Shown: positions 29,467 to 38,773 of the stretch, one piece after another
How the letters are laid out: the number at the start of each line of letters is the position of its first letter
Position numbering within the stretch: the stretch's first letter is position 1
Source: an uncultured delta proteobacterium
GTDB taxonomy: Bacteria > Desulfobacterota > Binatia > UBA9968
DNA length: 64,000 nt
Assembly: GCA_963840855.1 (NCBI GenBank)
Contig: CAWJBB010000002.1
Coordinates: forward strand, 88,837 to 152,836
Reading direction: 5' to 3'
Translations under genes and position numbers: made by a program
Notes under the pieces: model-generated
Databases searched by the model: none
The model's input: the letters and a program-made list of their open reading frames with translations, nothing else
Told to the model about the DNA's origin: nothing

Positions 29467-30522
29467 TTGAAGGCCGTGCTTACTCTTCTAGGGTGGCTCG
29501 TGGTAGCGGTGACAATCATGCCGTTGTCGCGGTTCGGATTTTGGTGGATCAGGATATTTGATTTCCCGCGGGCTCATATTGCCGTGGCCGCCGCGCTTAC
29601 GGCGCTGCTCTTAACGCTAGCGGAGACGCCCCCGACCTTCGCGGCTTGGATCTTACTTTTCGCGCTCGCGGCCAGCGTCGTCATTCAGGCATACTGGATT
29701 TATCCTTATACCATTCTGGTCGCGCCGGAGGTCCAGAACAACAGGCACAGCGCGGGCGAGGTTCGTCTGATGATCGCCAATATCCTCATCACGAACCGGC
29801 AATTTCCGCGGTTAGCGAACCACGTTGCGCAGTATGATCCGGACATGCTGTTGGTGCTCGAAACCAATGAATGGTGGGCTCGTCAATTACAATCGCTGGA
29901 CCCGCGGTTTCCTTACAAGGTTTCCTATCCGCTCGAAAACGCCTATGGCATTTCGCTTCATTCCAAACTTGACTTAACGGACACGGAGATCAGGTTTTTA
30001 GTCCAAGACGATATTCCCTCGATACGCACTAAAGTTAAGCTCAATGAGCGCTGCGTGGTGGAATTTTATGGAGTCCATCCCAGACCTCCGACTCCCCCGG
30101 AGCATGACCGATCAACGGAAAGAGACGCGGAATTGATTCTGATTGGTCGAGAATGTGAGACGAGCAAGCTGCCGGTGATCGTTGCCGGTGATTTGAACGA
30201 CGTGGCATGGTCATATGGCACTTTGCGCTTTCGCAAGATCAGCCGTCTGCTCGATCCCCGCATCGGGCGCGGTTTCTTCGGCACCTTTCACGCCAAGCTG
30301 CCGTTTTTTCGGTGGCCGCTGGATCATGTGTTTCATTCGGATCACTTTCGCCTCGTGGACATGAAGGTCCTGCCGCAGTTCGGTTCGGATCACCTGCCCG
30401 TTTTTGTCCATCTAAGTTACGAGCGAGATGCCGAGTTCACCCAGAAAGAACCCGAACGTCCTTCTTCCGAAGAGCGCGAAGAAGCGCAAGAGCTTGTCGA
30501 GGAGGCCCAAAAGGGCAATTGA
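29467..30522 (+). CDS. Endonuclease/exonuclease/phosphatase (EEP) family membrane protein
   Basis: N-terminal TM helices; ANIL, LVLET, HPRPP, AGDLND, PLDHVF, SDHLPV. Confidence 0.9.
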   Translation: MKAVLTLLGWLVVAVTIMPLSRFGFWWIRIFDFPRAHIAVAAALTALLLTLAETPPTFAAWILLFALAASVVIQAYWIYPYTILVAPEVQNNRHSAGEVRLMIANILITNRQFPRLANHVAQYDPDMLLVLETNEWWARQLQSLDPRFPYKVSYPLENAYGISLHSKLDLTDTEIRFLVQDDIPSIRTKVKLNERCVVEFYGVHPRPPTPPEHDRSTERDAELILIGRECETSKLPVIVAGDLNDVAWSYGTLRFRKISRLLDPRIGRGFFGTFHAKLPFFRWPLDHVFHSDHFRLVDMKVLPQFGSDHLPVFVHLSYERDAEFTQKEPERPSSEEREEAQELVEEAQKGN

Positions 30523-30658
30523 ACTCATTCTGATGGATCTCCGGGCTAAGTATTTATCGACGCCATAACGCGCTCAGGGGCGACGCATTATACGAGCAGC
30601 GTGAGTCATCAACGTTGGACGGGAAAAGCAGAGACGCGACTCCATTTCCAAGACGCAA

Positions 30659-30844
30659 CTGCAACAAGGATTTGTTCTTGCCGGGGATCCCGAGCGCGTT
30701 GCCGATAGCATTCGCAAATGGAGCGAGGAAGTCGGGCTCACGACGATTTCCGGCACCTTCTACTTCGGCGGCATGCACCAAGACATGGCGATGAAAAACA
30801 TCCGCCTGTTCGCGGACAAGGTGGTGCCGCAGCTCAAGCAGTGA
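30659..30844 (+). pseudogene. C-terminal fragment of an LLM-class flavin-dependent oxidoreductase
   Basis: GFVLAGDPERVADSIRKWSEEVG...GGMHQDMAMKNIRLFADKVVPQLKQ*; no 5' part. Confidence 0.75.
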
Positions 30845-30968
30845 GAAGAAAATGAACCACAAAGGGCGCAAAGGTTATAAAAGCGGAGAGGGCCTGCTAG
30901 GAGTTTGTCCAGCTAGTCACCAGCGTCCCGATGAGCGGACGCGGGGCGAGTCCAGGCAGTCCCGAGTT

Positions 30969-32000
30969 TTACGTGTCTAAAGTTCCTTTGAAGAAAACTT
31001 CTTCAATGGCCGCGAGCTTTCGCGTCAAGCCTTCTTCATGAGAGTTCTGGAAAAGCATTTCCAGCATGGGACGATTGCGGCTGATGCCGAAGGGGAAGGG
31101 ATCGTCGCCGTAGGTAGCCGCCTGGTTCGCGGGGTCAGTTCCTTCGAAGTATAGATAAGCCGGGCCGCGGCGCGCTTCTTTATCATAGGCGTTTTGTTTG
31201 CTCGCGCTGAACAGCCGGAACATTTCCGCCGCGAGGTCCGAGTGCTGCTCGAGTAAGCGGCGCTGCGCGACGATCACGTGATTGGCTGGAACGACGCCGG
31301 TCTTTTTGAAGAAGGCTTCGATAACGGCGCGGCCGCCATCGGCGAACAATTTCTTAAGCCGCGGGTTGCCTTCGAGGGCAGTGCCGCCATAGCGGTCGAT
31401 GTTCAGGGAAAAGAGCTTTGGATCGTGGCGCGGCGCAAAGCCGTAGGCCGCGTCAATCTCGCCGCGGTCGAGCATCACGTCGAAGCTCTGCGCCGCCGTC
31501 AGCCAGGTGAGCGAGACGCCGGCCGGAGGAGCGGTGTCCGCGCCGAGCAGCCCGCCGTGGCTCAGGTCGCGGGTCCGGCCGATGTACCACGAGATTTCGT
31601 CGCGACGAATACTATAAAGTTCGCGGAGAATTGTCCTCATCCACAGCGCGGCGGTCATGACGTAGTCCGGCACGCCAACCCGTTTACCGCGTACATCTTT
31701 CAACTCGGCGATGCCCGCCGCGGTGTTTATGTACAGGCCGAGCCAGACGAATGCCTTGGCGGGAAAGATCGGCAGCGCGGACCATTGCCAGCGCTCGCCC
31801 TTAGCCTGCTCGCGGGTGATGAGGTATTCGGACATAGACATCTCAAAGATATCGAATTCATCGTTTTTCAGGTTGCGGTAAAATAGCTCGGGCGGCGTCG
31901 TTACGACAATTTCAAGATCGAGCTTCTCCGATTTGACGCTGCCGTCGATGAGCGGCTCGAAACGGGGATTCTTGGTCACACCGACTTTTAGTTTGAGCAT
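30969..32000 (-). CDS. 4,5-dihydroxyphthalate decarboxylase-like / PBP2-fold protein
   Basis: PLIDGSV, FDIFEMSMSEY, GKRVGVPDYVMTAALWMR, FKKTGVVPANHVI, DPFPFG..NRPMLE. Confidence 0.8.
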   Translation of the reverse strand: MLKLKVGVTKNPRFEPLIDGSVKSEKLDLEIVVTTPPELFYRNLKNDEFDIFEMSMSEYLITREQAKGERWQWSALPIFPAKAFVWLGLYINTAAGIAELKDVRGKRVGVPDYVMTAALWMRTILRELYSIRRDEISWYIGRTRDLSHGGLLGADTAPPAGVSLTWLTAAQSFDVMLDRGEIDAAYGFAPRHDPKLFSLNIDRYGGTALEGNPRLKKLFADGGRAVIEAFFKKTGVVPANHVIVAQRRLLEQHSDLAAEMFRLFSASKQNAYDKEARRGPAYLYFEGTDPANQAATYGDDPFPFGISRNRPMLEMLFQNSHEEGLTRKLAAIEEVFFKGTLDT

Positions 32001-32178
32001 AGTTATATCTCTCGATTCGAGATGTTCTGCTCCTACATACGACGGCGTGGCGGACGACGTCAAACTGGCCGACGACAACGATCTCTTTGCCATCAAGAAC
32101 ACAGCGGACATTGGACAATGGTCGGTGCTTCAGGTATGAGAGGAAAGTTCGAGATTTTGGGTCCGTGGAGGTACGGAA

Positions 32179-33066
32179 ATGAAGATTTGCCACTACAATA
32201 ATAATCAAGCGGGTGTGGTCGTTGGCGACCAAGTGTTCAATATTGGCGACGCGTTGATCAAGGCCGGCCTGGCGCGCCAAGGCTATACGATGCTCGAAAT
32301 CATCGACGCCCTCGCCAACAATCCCAAGGCGATGGATATCGCTCGGGACGCATCCAAGAGCGCCACATCAGTCGCGCTGAGTTCGACCAAGTTGCTGGCG
32401 CCCATCCAAAACCCGGGATCGCTCTGGGCCGCGGCGGCCAATTACTACGCGCATCGGGCGGAAATGGTCGAGCGCGTGGGCAGCGCGAACAAGGCAGTCG
32501 TAAACAAGGACGATTTGATGGCGGAATTCTTTCTCAAAACGACGTCATCGATTATCGGTCCAGGCGATACGATCATCTTGCCGAAAATTTCCAAGCTGGT
32601 GGACTTCGAATGCGAGCTTTGTGCGGTGATCGGCAAGCGGGCGCGAAAAGTGACTGAAGACCAAGCGCTGAATTACGTTTTCGGTTACACGATTTGCTGG
32701 GACATTAGCCAGCGCGACCCCTGGGGCAAAGGCATCCATAACACGCGCAACATACGAAAGGGCTTCGACACCTTCAGCGCCTTGGGTCCGTGGATCGTGA
32801 CCCGGGACGAGATTGACGAGCCGCAGAATCTTTCGATCAAGGTCTTGCAAAACGGCAAGGAGGCGATGACCGCGCACACCAGCGACATGATCTGCGGTCT
32901 GCGCGAGCATATCCGCTTTCTCACCAGTTGCTTGACCCTTCGGCCGGGCGATTTGATCACCACCGGGACGCCGGCGGGCGTGAGCAAGCTGCGCGATGGC
33001 GACCGCCTGCACGGCACCATCGAGAAGATCGGCAGCATGGAACTCCACGTCAAGGACGAAGAATAA
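32179..33066 (+). CDS. Fumarylacetoacetate hydrolase family protein
   Basis: ANYYAH, FFLK, VDFECEL, GYTICWDISQRD, KGFDTF, GDLITTGTPAGV. Confidence 0.93.
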   Translation: MKICHYNNNQAGVVVGDQVFNIGDALIKAGLARQGYTMLEIIDALANNPKAMDIARDASKSATSVALSSTKLLAPIQNPGSLWAAAANYYAHRAEMVERVGSANKAVVNKDDLMAEFFLKTTSSIIGPGDTIILPKISKLVDFECELCAVIGKRARKVTEDQALNYVFGYTICWDISQRDPWGKGIHNTRNIRKGFDTFSALGPWIVTRDEIDEPQNLSIKVLQNGKEAMTAHTSDMICGLREHIRFLTSCLTLRPGDLITTGTPAGVSKLRDGDRLHGTIEKIGSMELHVKDEE

Positions 33067-33229
33067 GGCTTTGAGACTAGCAAATATATTTGAAATTTGG
33101 GCCTAATTTCGGATCAAGGAAATCGGAAATACTGTGACTCGCGCAAAGGCGCAAAGGCCGCCAAGGTGACGGACCAAGGCCCGCCATTCCGTTAAACATC
33201 AAATCTAAGAAGATATCGCGAGGTTTCTT

Positions 33230-34339
33230 ATGTCAGCGGCCGCCAAAGCCAATCCCCCGATCCGCATATTACTCGGACCGGGTCCAAGCCCGGTCCATCC
33301 GCGCGTGCTTCAAGCACTGGCGCTCCCCGTGGTCGGCCACCTCGATCCAAAGTTCCTTGAGATCATGGATCAAAGCATGGCGATGCTGCGTGAAGTGTTC
33401 CAGACCAAGAATCGCCTGGCGTTGCCGATGTCCGGCACCGGCAGCGCGGGCATGGAGACTTGCTTCGTTAATCTGATCGAACCGGACGACGCCGTGTTGA
33501 TCGGCGTGAACGGCGTCTTCGGCACGCGCATGGTAGACGTGGCGCAGCGCTGTGGCGCGCAGGTGGATACCGTCGAGGCAGACTGGGGCACGGCGCTCGA
33601 TGCGCAGAATTTCAAAAACGCGCTGGCAAGGAAAAAATACAAACTGGTGGCGCTAGTTCACGCCGAAACATCCACCGGCGTGTTGCAGCCGTTGGATGAC
33701 ATCGCCAAATTCGTCCATGACAACGGCGCCCTCCTGCTGGTCGACGCCGTAACGTCGCTTGGCGGCGCGCCCGTGCGCGTCGATGAGCTTGGCATCGACG
33801 CCTGCTACAGCTGCACGCAAAAATGTTTGGGCTGCCTACCGGGACTTTCGCCGGTGACTTTCAGCGGCCGCGCGGTGGAAGCCATTCGCAACCGCAAGAC
33901 CAAAGTGCGGAGCTGGTACCTCGATATCTCGATGATCGAAAAGTACTGGAGCAGCGAGCGCGTTTATCACCACACCGCGCCGATCTCCATGAACTATGCT
34001 TTACACGAGGCGCTGCGCATCGTGCTCGAAGAAGGGTTGGATGCGGCCTGGCAGCGACACACGCGCGTCCACGAAACGTTCATTCGCGAGATGCGCAAGT
34101 TGGAATTGGAGCCAGCGGTGGCCCAATCGATTCGCGCGCCGATGATCAATTCGGTCAAAATTCCCGAGGGCACCGACGACGCCAAGGTGCGCCAGCGCTT
34201 ATATGACGATTTCAATATCGAAATCGGCGCTGGCTTGGGGCCGCTTAAAGGCAAAATCTGGCGCGTCGGCTTGATGGGCCACGGCGCGCGGGAAGAGAAT
34301 ATCGAGATTTTGGCCAAAGCGCTAAAGGCGCTGATTTGA
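33230..34339 (+). CDS. Alanine-glyoxylate/serine-pyruvate aminotransferase (class V, PLP)
   Basis: LLGPGPS, SGTGSAGME, VHAETSTG, VDAVTSLG, CTQKCL (PLP Lys), YHHTAP, WRVGLMG. Confidence 0.93.
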   Translation: MSAAAKANPPIRILLGPGPSPVHPRVLQALALPVVGHLDPKFLEIMDQSMAMLREVFQTKNRLALPMSGTGSAGMETCFVNLIEPDDAVLIGVNGVFGTRMVDVAQRCGAQVDTVEADWGTALDAQNFKNALARKKYKLVALVHAETSTGVLQPLDDIAKFVHDNGALLLVDAVTSLGGAPVRVDELGIDACYSCTQKCLGCLPGLSPVTFSGRAVEAIRNRKTKVRSWYLDISMIEKYWSSERVYHHTAPISMNYALHEALRIVLEEGLDAAWQRHTRVHETFIREMRKLELEPAVAQSIRAPMINSVKIPEGTDDAKVRQRLYDDFNIEIGAGLGPLKGKIWRVGLMGHGAREENIEILAKALKALI

Positions 34340-34507
34340 TTTTGGTAGTTCCTGGTTCCAGGTTTCTGGTTGCTAGTTACACGCAACTTACTAAATCGAT
34401 TCCATACTGACGTTGGTCCAATAATCTTCTCTTGTCCCCTTTTTTCAAAGGGGAATAGAGAGTCTCCCTTTGTAAAGGGAGAAGCTGTGAAAAAATTGAA
34501 AAAGGTC

Positions 34508-34536
34508 TTGTCATAGCTATATAACTATGCTATAGT
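34508..34536 (+). promoter_or_regulatory. IS-internal sigma70 promoter with palindromic operator
   Basis: TTGTCA-17 nt-TATAGT with TG extension; palindrome CATAGCTAT/ATAACTATG (34512-34529) spans the spacer. Confidence 0.65.
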
Positions 34537-34573
34537 CGCCTCCAAATCATTTCGTCGAGCGGAGGTGCTTTGC

Positions 34574-34777
34574 ATGGGATACCTAACCAAGGTCCAAGTG
34601 GTCGAACGGGCCAACGGGCAGCGACAATTCTATCTGATATGTCCGGCGCCTTTGGCTCAAGCTCTCGAGATGGAGAAAGGTGAGAGCATTGAGTGGGTGG
34701 TTGAGAATAAGTGGATCCTTCGCATAACACGCACTGAAGCTCGAAGGGCGTCGCGGAGCTCGCATGCAAAACGATAA
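34574..34777 (+). CDS. Small AbrB/MazE/SpoVT-like DNA-binding protein inside the IS
   Basis: GGAGG RBS; TKVQ..RQFYLICPAPLAQALEMEKGESIEWVV swapped-hairpin pattern; overlaps the transposase start. Confidence 0.7.
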   Translation: MGYLTKVQVVERANGQRQFYLICPAPLAQALEMEKGESIEWVVENKWILRITRTEARRASRSSHAKR

Positions 34778-36314
34778 AGCTCTGGAGAGATCTAAGACCC
34801 CGGAGGTGGCGGCTGGGGTGCGCTGCAAGCCCGTGGAGCGCAATCAACTGTTGTTGCGGGCGGTCGATGTGGAGAAGCTGGTGGGCGAAGAGCATGCGGT
34901 GCGAGCGATCTGGGAGTTGGTGGGTCAGTTGGATCTCACCCGGTACTACAGCGAGATTGGCGCCTTGGAAGGGCAAGCCGGCCGGCCGGTGTGGGATCCT
35001 CGGGTACTGATCAGTTTGTGGATCTATGCCTATAAGGACGGGGTCAGTTCGGCCCGTGAGATTGCGCGTTTGTGTGAGTTTGATCCGGCCTATCAGTGGC
35101 TGACGGGGATGGAGGTGGTCAATTATCACACGCTGGCGGATTTCCGCATTGACTACGAGCAGGCGCTCAACGGCTTGTTTGTCGAAGTGTTGGGAGTGCT
35201 CAGCCACCAGGGACTGGTCACGCTTAAGCGGGTCATGCACGATGGGACCAAGATCAAGGCTTGCGCATCGGAGAAGAGTTTTCGGCGCAAACAAACCCTG
35301 GAGACTCATCTTAAAGAGGCTCAGGAGCAGGTTAAAGCGATGGGAGATCCGCTCTCGGAAAAACTCAGTCAGCGGGTTTTTCGGGCGCGCCAGCGAGCGT
35401 TGCGCGAGAAGCAGGAGCGGCTTAAAGAGGCCCTTCGGGAGTTGGCGCAACTTAAGGCTACGCAGTGCGAGACAGCGCAGGATGAGCCCACAGAACAGGC
35501 AAAGAAAAAAGCAGCACGTGCCAGTAGCACCGACCCGCAGGCGCGCGTGATGTTGGGGGCCAAAGGGGCTTATGGGCCAGGCTACAACATCCAGATTTCC
35601 ACCGACGCTCAGGCTAAGATCATCGTAGCAATGGGCGTGACGCAGTCCTCTAGCGACGCGGGGGAATTGGCAGGAGCCGTAGAACGAATCGAAACTAATC
35701 TTGGGCAAAAGCCCGAGCAGATGGTGGTGGACGCAGCTTACCCGACGCACCAGGCCATTGAGGCGATGGCAGACAAAGAGATTGATTTGATTGGACCGCT
35801 GAGAGAGGGAAAAAAGATCCCGTGGAATGATCCATTGAAACGTCGCGGTATTAGTCCAGAGTTTTATCCCGAGGCCTTTGGCTATGATCCGAGTACCGAC
35901 CATTACCGGTGTCCGGCAGAAAAGCTGCTTAGTTTTGAAACCGAGGAACGAAAGCCCGGTTGGGTGAGTCGTCGCTACCGGGCGCGACTGGCGGATTGTC
36001 GCAGCTGTCCTTTTCAGGCGCAATGTTGTCCCAAGACCAAAAAGGGACGTTCCTTGCTGCGTATGGAGAAGACGGCTCCACTGATGGCCTTTGAAGCGAA
36101 GATGCAGACCGAACAGGCGCAAAAGATCTATAAGCAGCGAGCCGGGGTCGCGGAGTTTCCCAATGCCTGGATTAAAGAGAAGTTTGGTTTGCGCCAGTTT
36201 CGCTTGCGCGGTGTGGTTAAGGTGGGACTGGAATCTCTTTGGGCCTGTCTCACCTACAATATTTGCCAGTGGGTGCGGCTTTGCTGGAAACCCCGGCGGT
36301 TGGCTCAAGCTTAG
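34764..36314 (+). CDS. IS1182 family transposase
   Basis: GRPVWDPRVLISLWIYAY, SSAREI, NYHTLADFR, HDGTKIKA, STDPQAR, GYNIQ, VVDAAY, C..CP..CC, IYKQRAGVAE. Confidence 0.95.
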   Translation: MQNDKALERSKTPEVAAGVRCKPVERNQLLLRAVDVEKLVGEEHAVRAIWELVGQLDLTRYYSEIGALEGQAGRPVWDPRVLISLWIYAYKDGVSSAREIARLCEFDPAYQWLTGMEVVNYHTLADFRIDYEQALNGLFVEVLGVLSHQGLVTLKRVMHDGTKIKACASEKSFRRKQTLETHLKEAQEQVKAMGDPLSEKLSQRVFRARQRALREKQERLKEALRELAQLKATQCETAQDEPTEQAKKKAARASSTDPQARVMLGAKGAYGPGYNIQISTDAQAKIIVAMGVTQSSSDAGELAGAVERIETNLGQKPEQMVVDAAYPTHQAIEAMADKEIDLIGPLREGKKIPWNDPLKRRGISPEFYPEAFGYDPSTDHYRCPAEKLLSFETEERKPGWVSRRYRARLADCRSCPFQAQCCPKTKKGRSLLRMEKTAPLMAFEAKMQTEQAQKIYKQRAGVAEFPNAWIKEKFGLRQFRLRGVVKVGLESLWACLTYNICQWVRLCWKPRRLAQA

Positions 36315-36700
36315 AGGGGATACCACAAAACGAACCCTATGGCCGCCGTTGCAGCCGGAATAAAGAGTTAGTGAGGGAGCAATTGATGGCTTAAAACTCT
36401 TCATGACCGATAGAGTACCGTAAGTCCATCGCAAAAAAATCGCATGCAGCGAATCGAACCTCTGTTGCTCGTAAAATTTTTTCACAGCTTCGGAGATTTA
36501 GAGGGATTTTCATCCGCTCAAAGCGACTTTGACGCGACACTCTACTATCACCTGTAACGATCTGCGGCGTTCGAACAAAGCTGCGCTCTTGCTGGCGGCC
36601 ATTTTCCGATCTAGTATGGCGGCGCTTCAGCGGGTCCGGCGCCGTCCTGCCGGCGCTGCCGTTCGAGGGAGTAAAATAGACATTTTATTATGGAGGAATA

Positions 36701-37729
36701 ATGAAGAGACTGTTCGGAATCATGTTTTTCTTGTTCGTGTCCGTGGGGGCGCTCCACGCCCAGGCGCCGTACTATCAGGGGAAAACGATTTCCTTTGTTG
36801 TCGGTTCCGGCGCGGGAACGGCTTATGATATTTACGCGCGGCTTTTGGGAAATCACATCGGCAAGTATATTCCCGGCAATCCCAACGTGATCATGCAAAA
36901 CATGCCGGCGGCCGGCGGCATAGTGGCGGCAAATTTCGTTTATGCAGTGGCCAAGCCCGATGGCTTGACGCTCGCCTCGATCAATCCGGCGCATTATTTC
37001 AATCAGATTCAAGGCAACAAAGAGATAAAGTTCGATTGGCCGAAATTCACCTGGATCGCGAGCTCGGACAAATCGGAGCATATGCTCTACATGCGCGCGG
37101 ATGCGCCGTATAAGACCATCCAGGATATCCGCAGTGCCAAGGAGCCGCCCAAGTGTGGCGCGACTGGCACGGGAACCAGTGGTCACTACATTCCCAGGTT
37201 ACTCGAAGAAACCCTCGGCACTAAATTCAACATCGTGACCGGTTATGCCGGGGGCAATGAGATAGACCTGGCTACGGAGCGCAACGAAGTCGTCTGCCGC
37301 TCGTTTACCACGGCAGCCTATTTTGGTCGCGAGCCGTACCATACCTGGCGCAAAAAGAACTTTGTGCGCATTCTCATGCAAACCGGTAAAACCCGCGATT
37401 CGCGGTTGCCGGAGACTCCTCTGTACGGTGATCTCATGAATGAATTCAAAACGCCGGAACTGGGACGGCGGGTGGCGACCGTCATGTTGGGTTCCGGTGA
37501 GCTCGGCCGGCCCATCGTCGCCCATCCATCGACGGCACCGGACATTGCCAAAACGCTGCGCGATGCCGCCATGAAGAGCATGGCCGATCCGCAGCTCCTC
37601 GCCGAGGCCGCCAAGCAAAACCTGGAGATCACGGCGGTCAGTGGCGAAGAGTTGGCAAAGATCGCCAGGGACGTGATCAATCAGCCGCCGGATGTGCTGG
37701 ACCGGATCAGGAAAATATTGGCGCAGTAG
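36701..37729 (+). CDS. Bug/TctC tripartite tricarboxylate transporter substrate-binding protein
   Basis: YYQGKTI, DIYARL, IPGNP, QNMPAAGG, KPDGLT, VTGYAGG. Confidence 0.9.
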   Translation: MKRLFGIMFFLFVSVGALHAQAPYYQGKTISFVVGSGAGTAYDIYARLLGNHIGKYIPGNPNVIMQNMPAAGGIVAANFVYAVAKPDGLTLASINPAHYFNQIQGNKEIKFDWPKFTWIASSDKSEHMLYMRADAPYKTIQDIRSAKEPPKCGATGTGTSGHYIPRLLEETLGTKFNIVTGYAGGNEIDLATERNEVVCRSFTTAAYFGREPYHTWRKKNFVRILMQTGKTRDSRLPETPLYGDLMNEFKTPELGRRVATVMLGSGELGRPIVAHPSTAPDIAKTLRDAAMKSMADPQLLAEAAKQNLEITAVSGEELAKIARDVINQPPDVLDRIRKILAQ

Positions 37730-37801
37730 CGGGAAGGCAATAGGCATCAGGCAATAGGCAATAGGTCGGAGCGCTCGTTGCGCGGTTGAACCAGGACGTA
37801 C

Positions 37802-38746
37802 GTGGCACTCCTTCTGCGCAGATCTGAAGTATCGGAGTTGCTCGATTTGCGCCGGGCGATGGGCGTGATCGAGCAGACATTACGTGAGCAGTCCGACGGT
37901 AACGTCAGACAAGTACCGCCGCTGCGTTTCATGGACCGCGGCATGCGCATGGTGGTCGGTGGCCTCGAAGCGCAGAACAAAAACGGCCTGAGAGTCAGCG
38001 TGACCGGCGGCGAGGCGCTGGCGCTGCTGTTCGAAATAGGCACCGGCAGGCTTTTGTCGTTGATGGGTTATCCGTTCAGTAGTCTGCGCATCAGCGCGAC
38101 GGTAGGGCTCGCTATCGACCGGCTGAGTAGCGCCGCCGCGAAAACCGTCGCGCTGATTGGCAGCGGCCGTTTGGCGCTGGCGGTTCTCGAACCGGCGATT
38201 GGGTTACGCCCAATCGAAAGAGCAATCGTCTACAGCCGAAGCGCGGCACATCGCGAAGCGTTCGCGCGCACCGCGGGTGATAAACTCGGAATTTCGGTTG
38301 AACCCGCCATGTCGGCTGAGCAGGCGATTGACGCGGCGGAGTTCGTTTTGGTCAGCACAAATTCACCGGCGCCGGCGCTGCTCGGTCGGTGGCTGCGGCC
38401 GGGACTGGCCGTCTTCGGCGTCGGCCGGCCCAATGAATTCGACGACGAAGTTTATTTGCGCGCCAACTTGATCAGTGTGACCAGCAAGGCGCACGAGCTG
38501 GGATACTACGATACCAAACTCGATCAGCCGCTGATTCGGCTTTCGCAGCAAGAGGGCAAGATTAGCTGGAATTCCGTCATCGAACTTGGCGACATCGTTT
38601 CCGGAAAAAGCTCCGCGCCGGATTTATCGAGCAGCATTGTAGTCTTCCGCGACTCGCAGGGCGGCTATGGTGACTTGGCTTTGGCTGCGTGGGTTTACGA
38701 AGAGGCAAAACGCCGCGGCTTGGGACAGGAGATTAGTACTGAGTAA
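37802..38746 (+). CDS. Ornithine cyclodeaminase/mu-crystallin family protein
   Basis: LLFEIGTG, LRISAT, ALIGSGRLA Rossmann motif, ELGDIV, VFRDSQGG.GDLALA. Confidence 0.85.
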   Translation: MALLLRRSEVSELLDLRRAMGVIEQTLREQSDGNVRQVPPLRFMDRGMRMVVGGLEAQNKNGLRVSVTGGEALALLFEIGTGRLLSLMGYPFSSLRISATVGLAIDRLSSAAAKTVALIGSGRLALAVLEPAIGLRPIERAIVYSRSAAHREAFARTAGDKLGISVEPAMSAEQAIDAAEFVLVSTNSPAPALLGRWLRPGLAVFGVGRPNEFDDEVYLRANLISVTSKAHELGYYDTKLDQPLIRLSQQEGKISWNSVIELGDIVSGKSSAPDLSSSIVVFRDSQGGYGDLALAAWVYEEAKRRGLGQEISTE

Positions 38747-38773
38747 GAAGGCATGAGGCGAGAGGCATTAGGC

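Larger units (their letters stand above)
34481..36491 (+). mobile_element. IS1182-family insertion sequence inserted in a REP-like palindrome
   Basis: Perfect 17-bp IRs GAAGCTGTGAAAAAATT / AATTTTTTCACAGCTTC; flanking GGA duplication (3-4 bp, boundary ambiguous). Confidence 0.92.

Noticed and set aside
34530-36485. 651-aa minus-strand ORF spanning the IS1182
   Set aside because: Antisense shadow of the transposase with no recognisable motifs.
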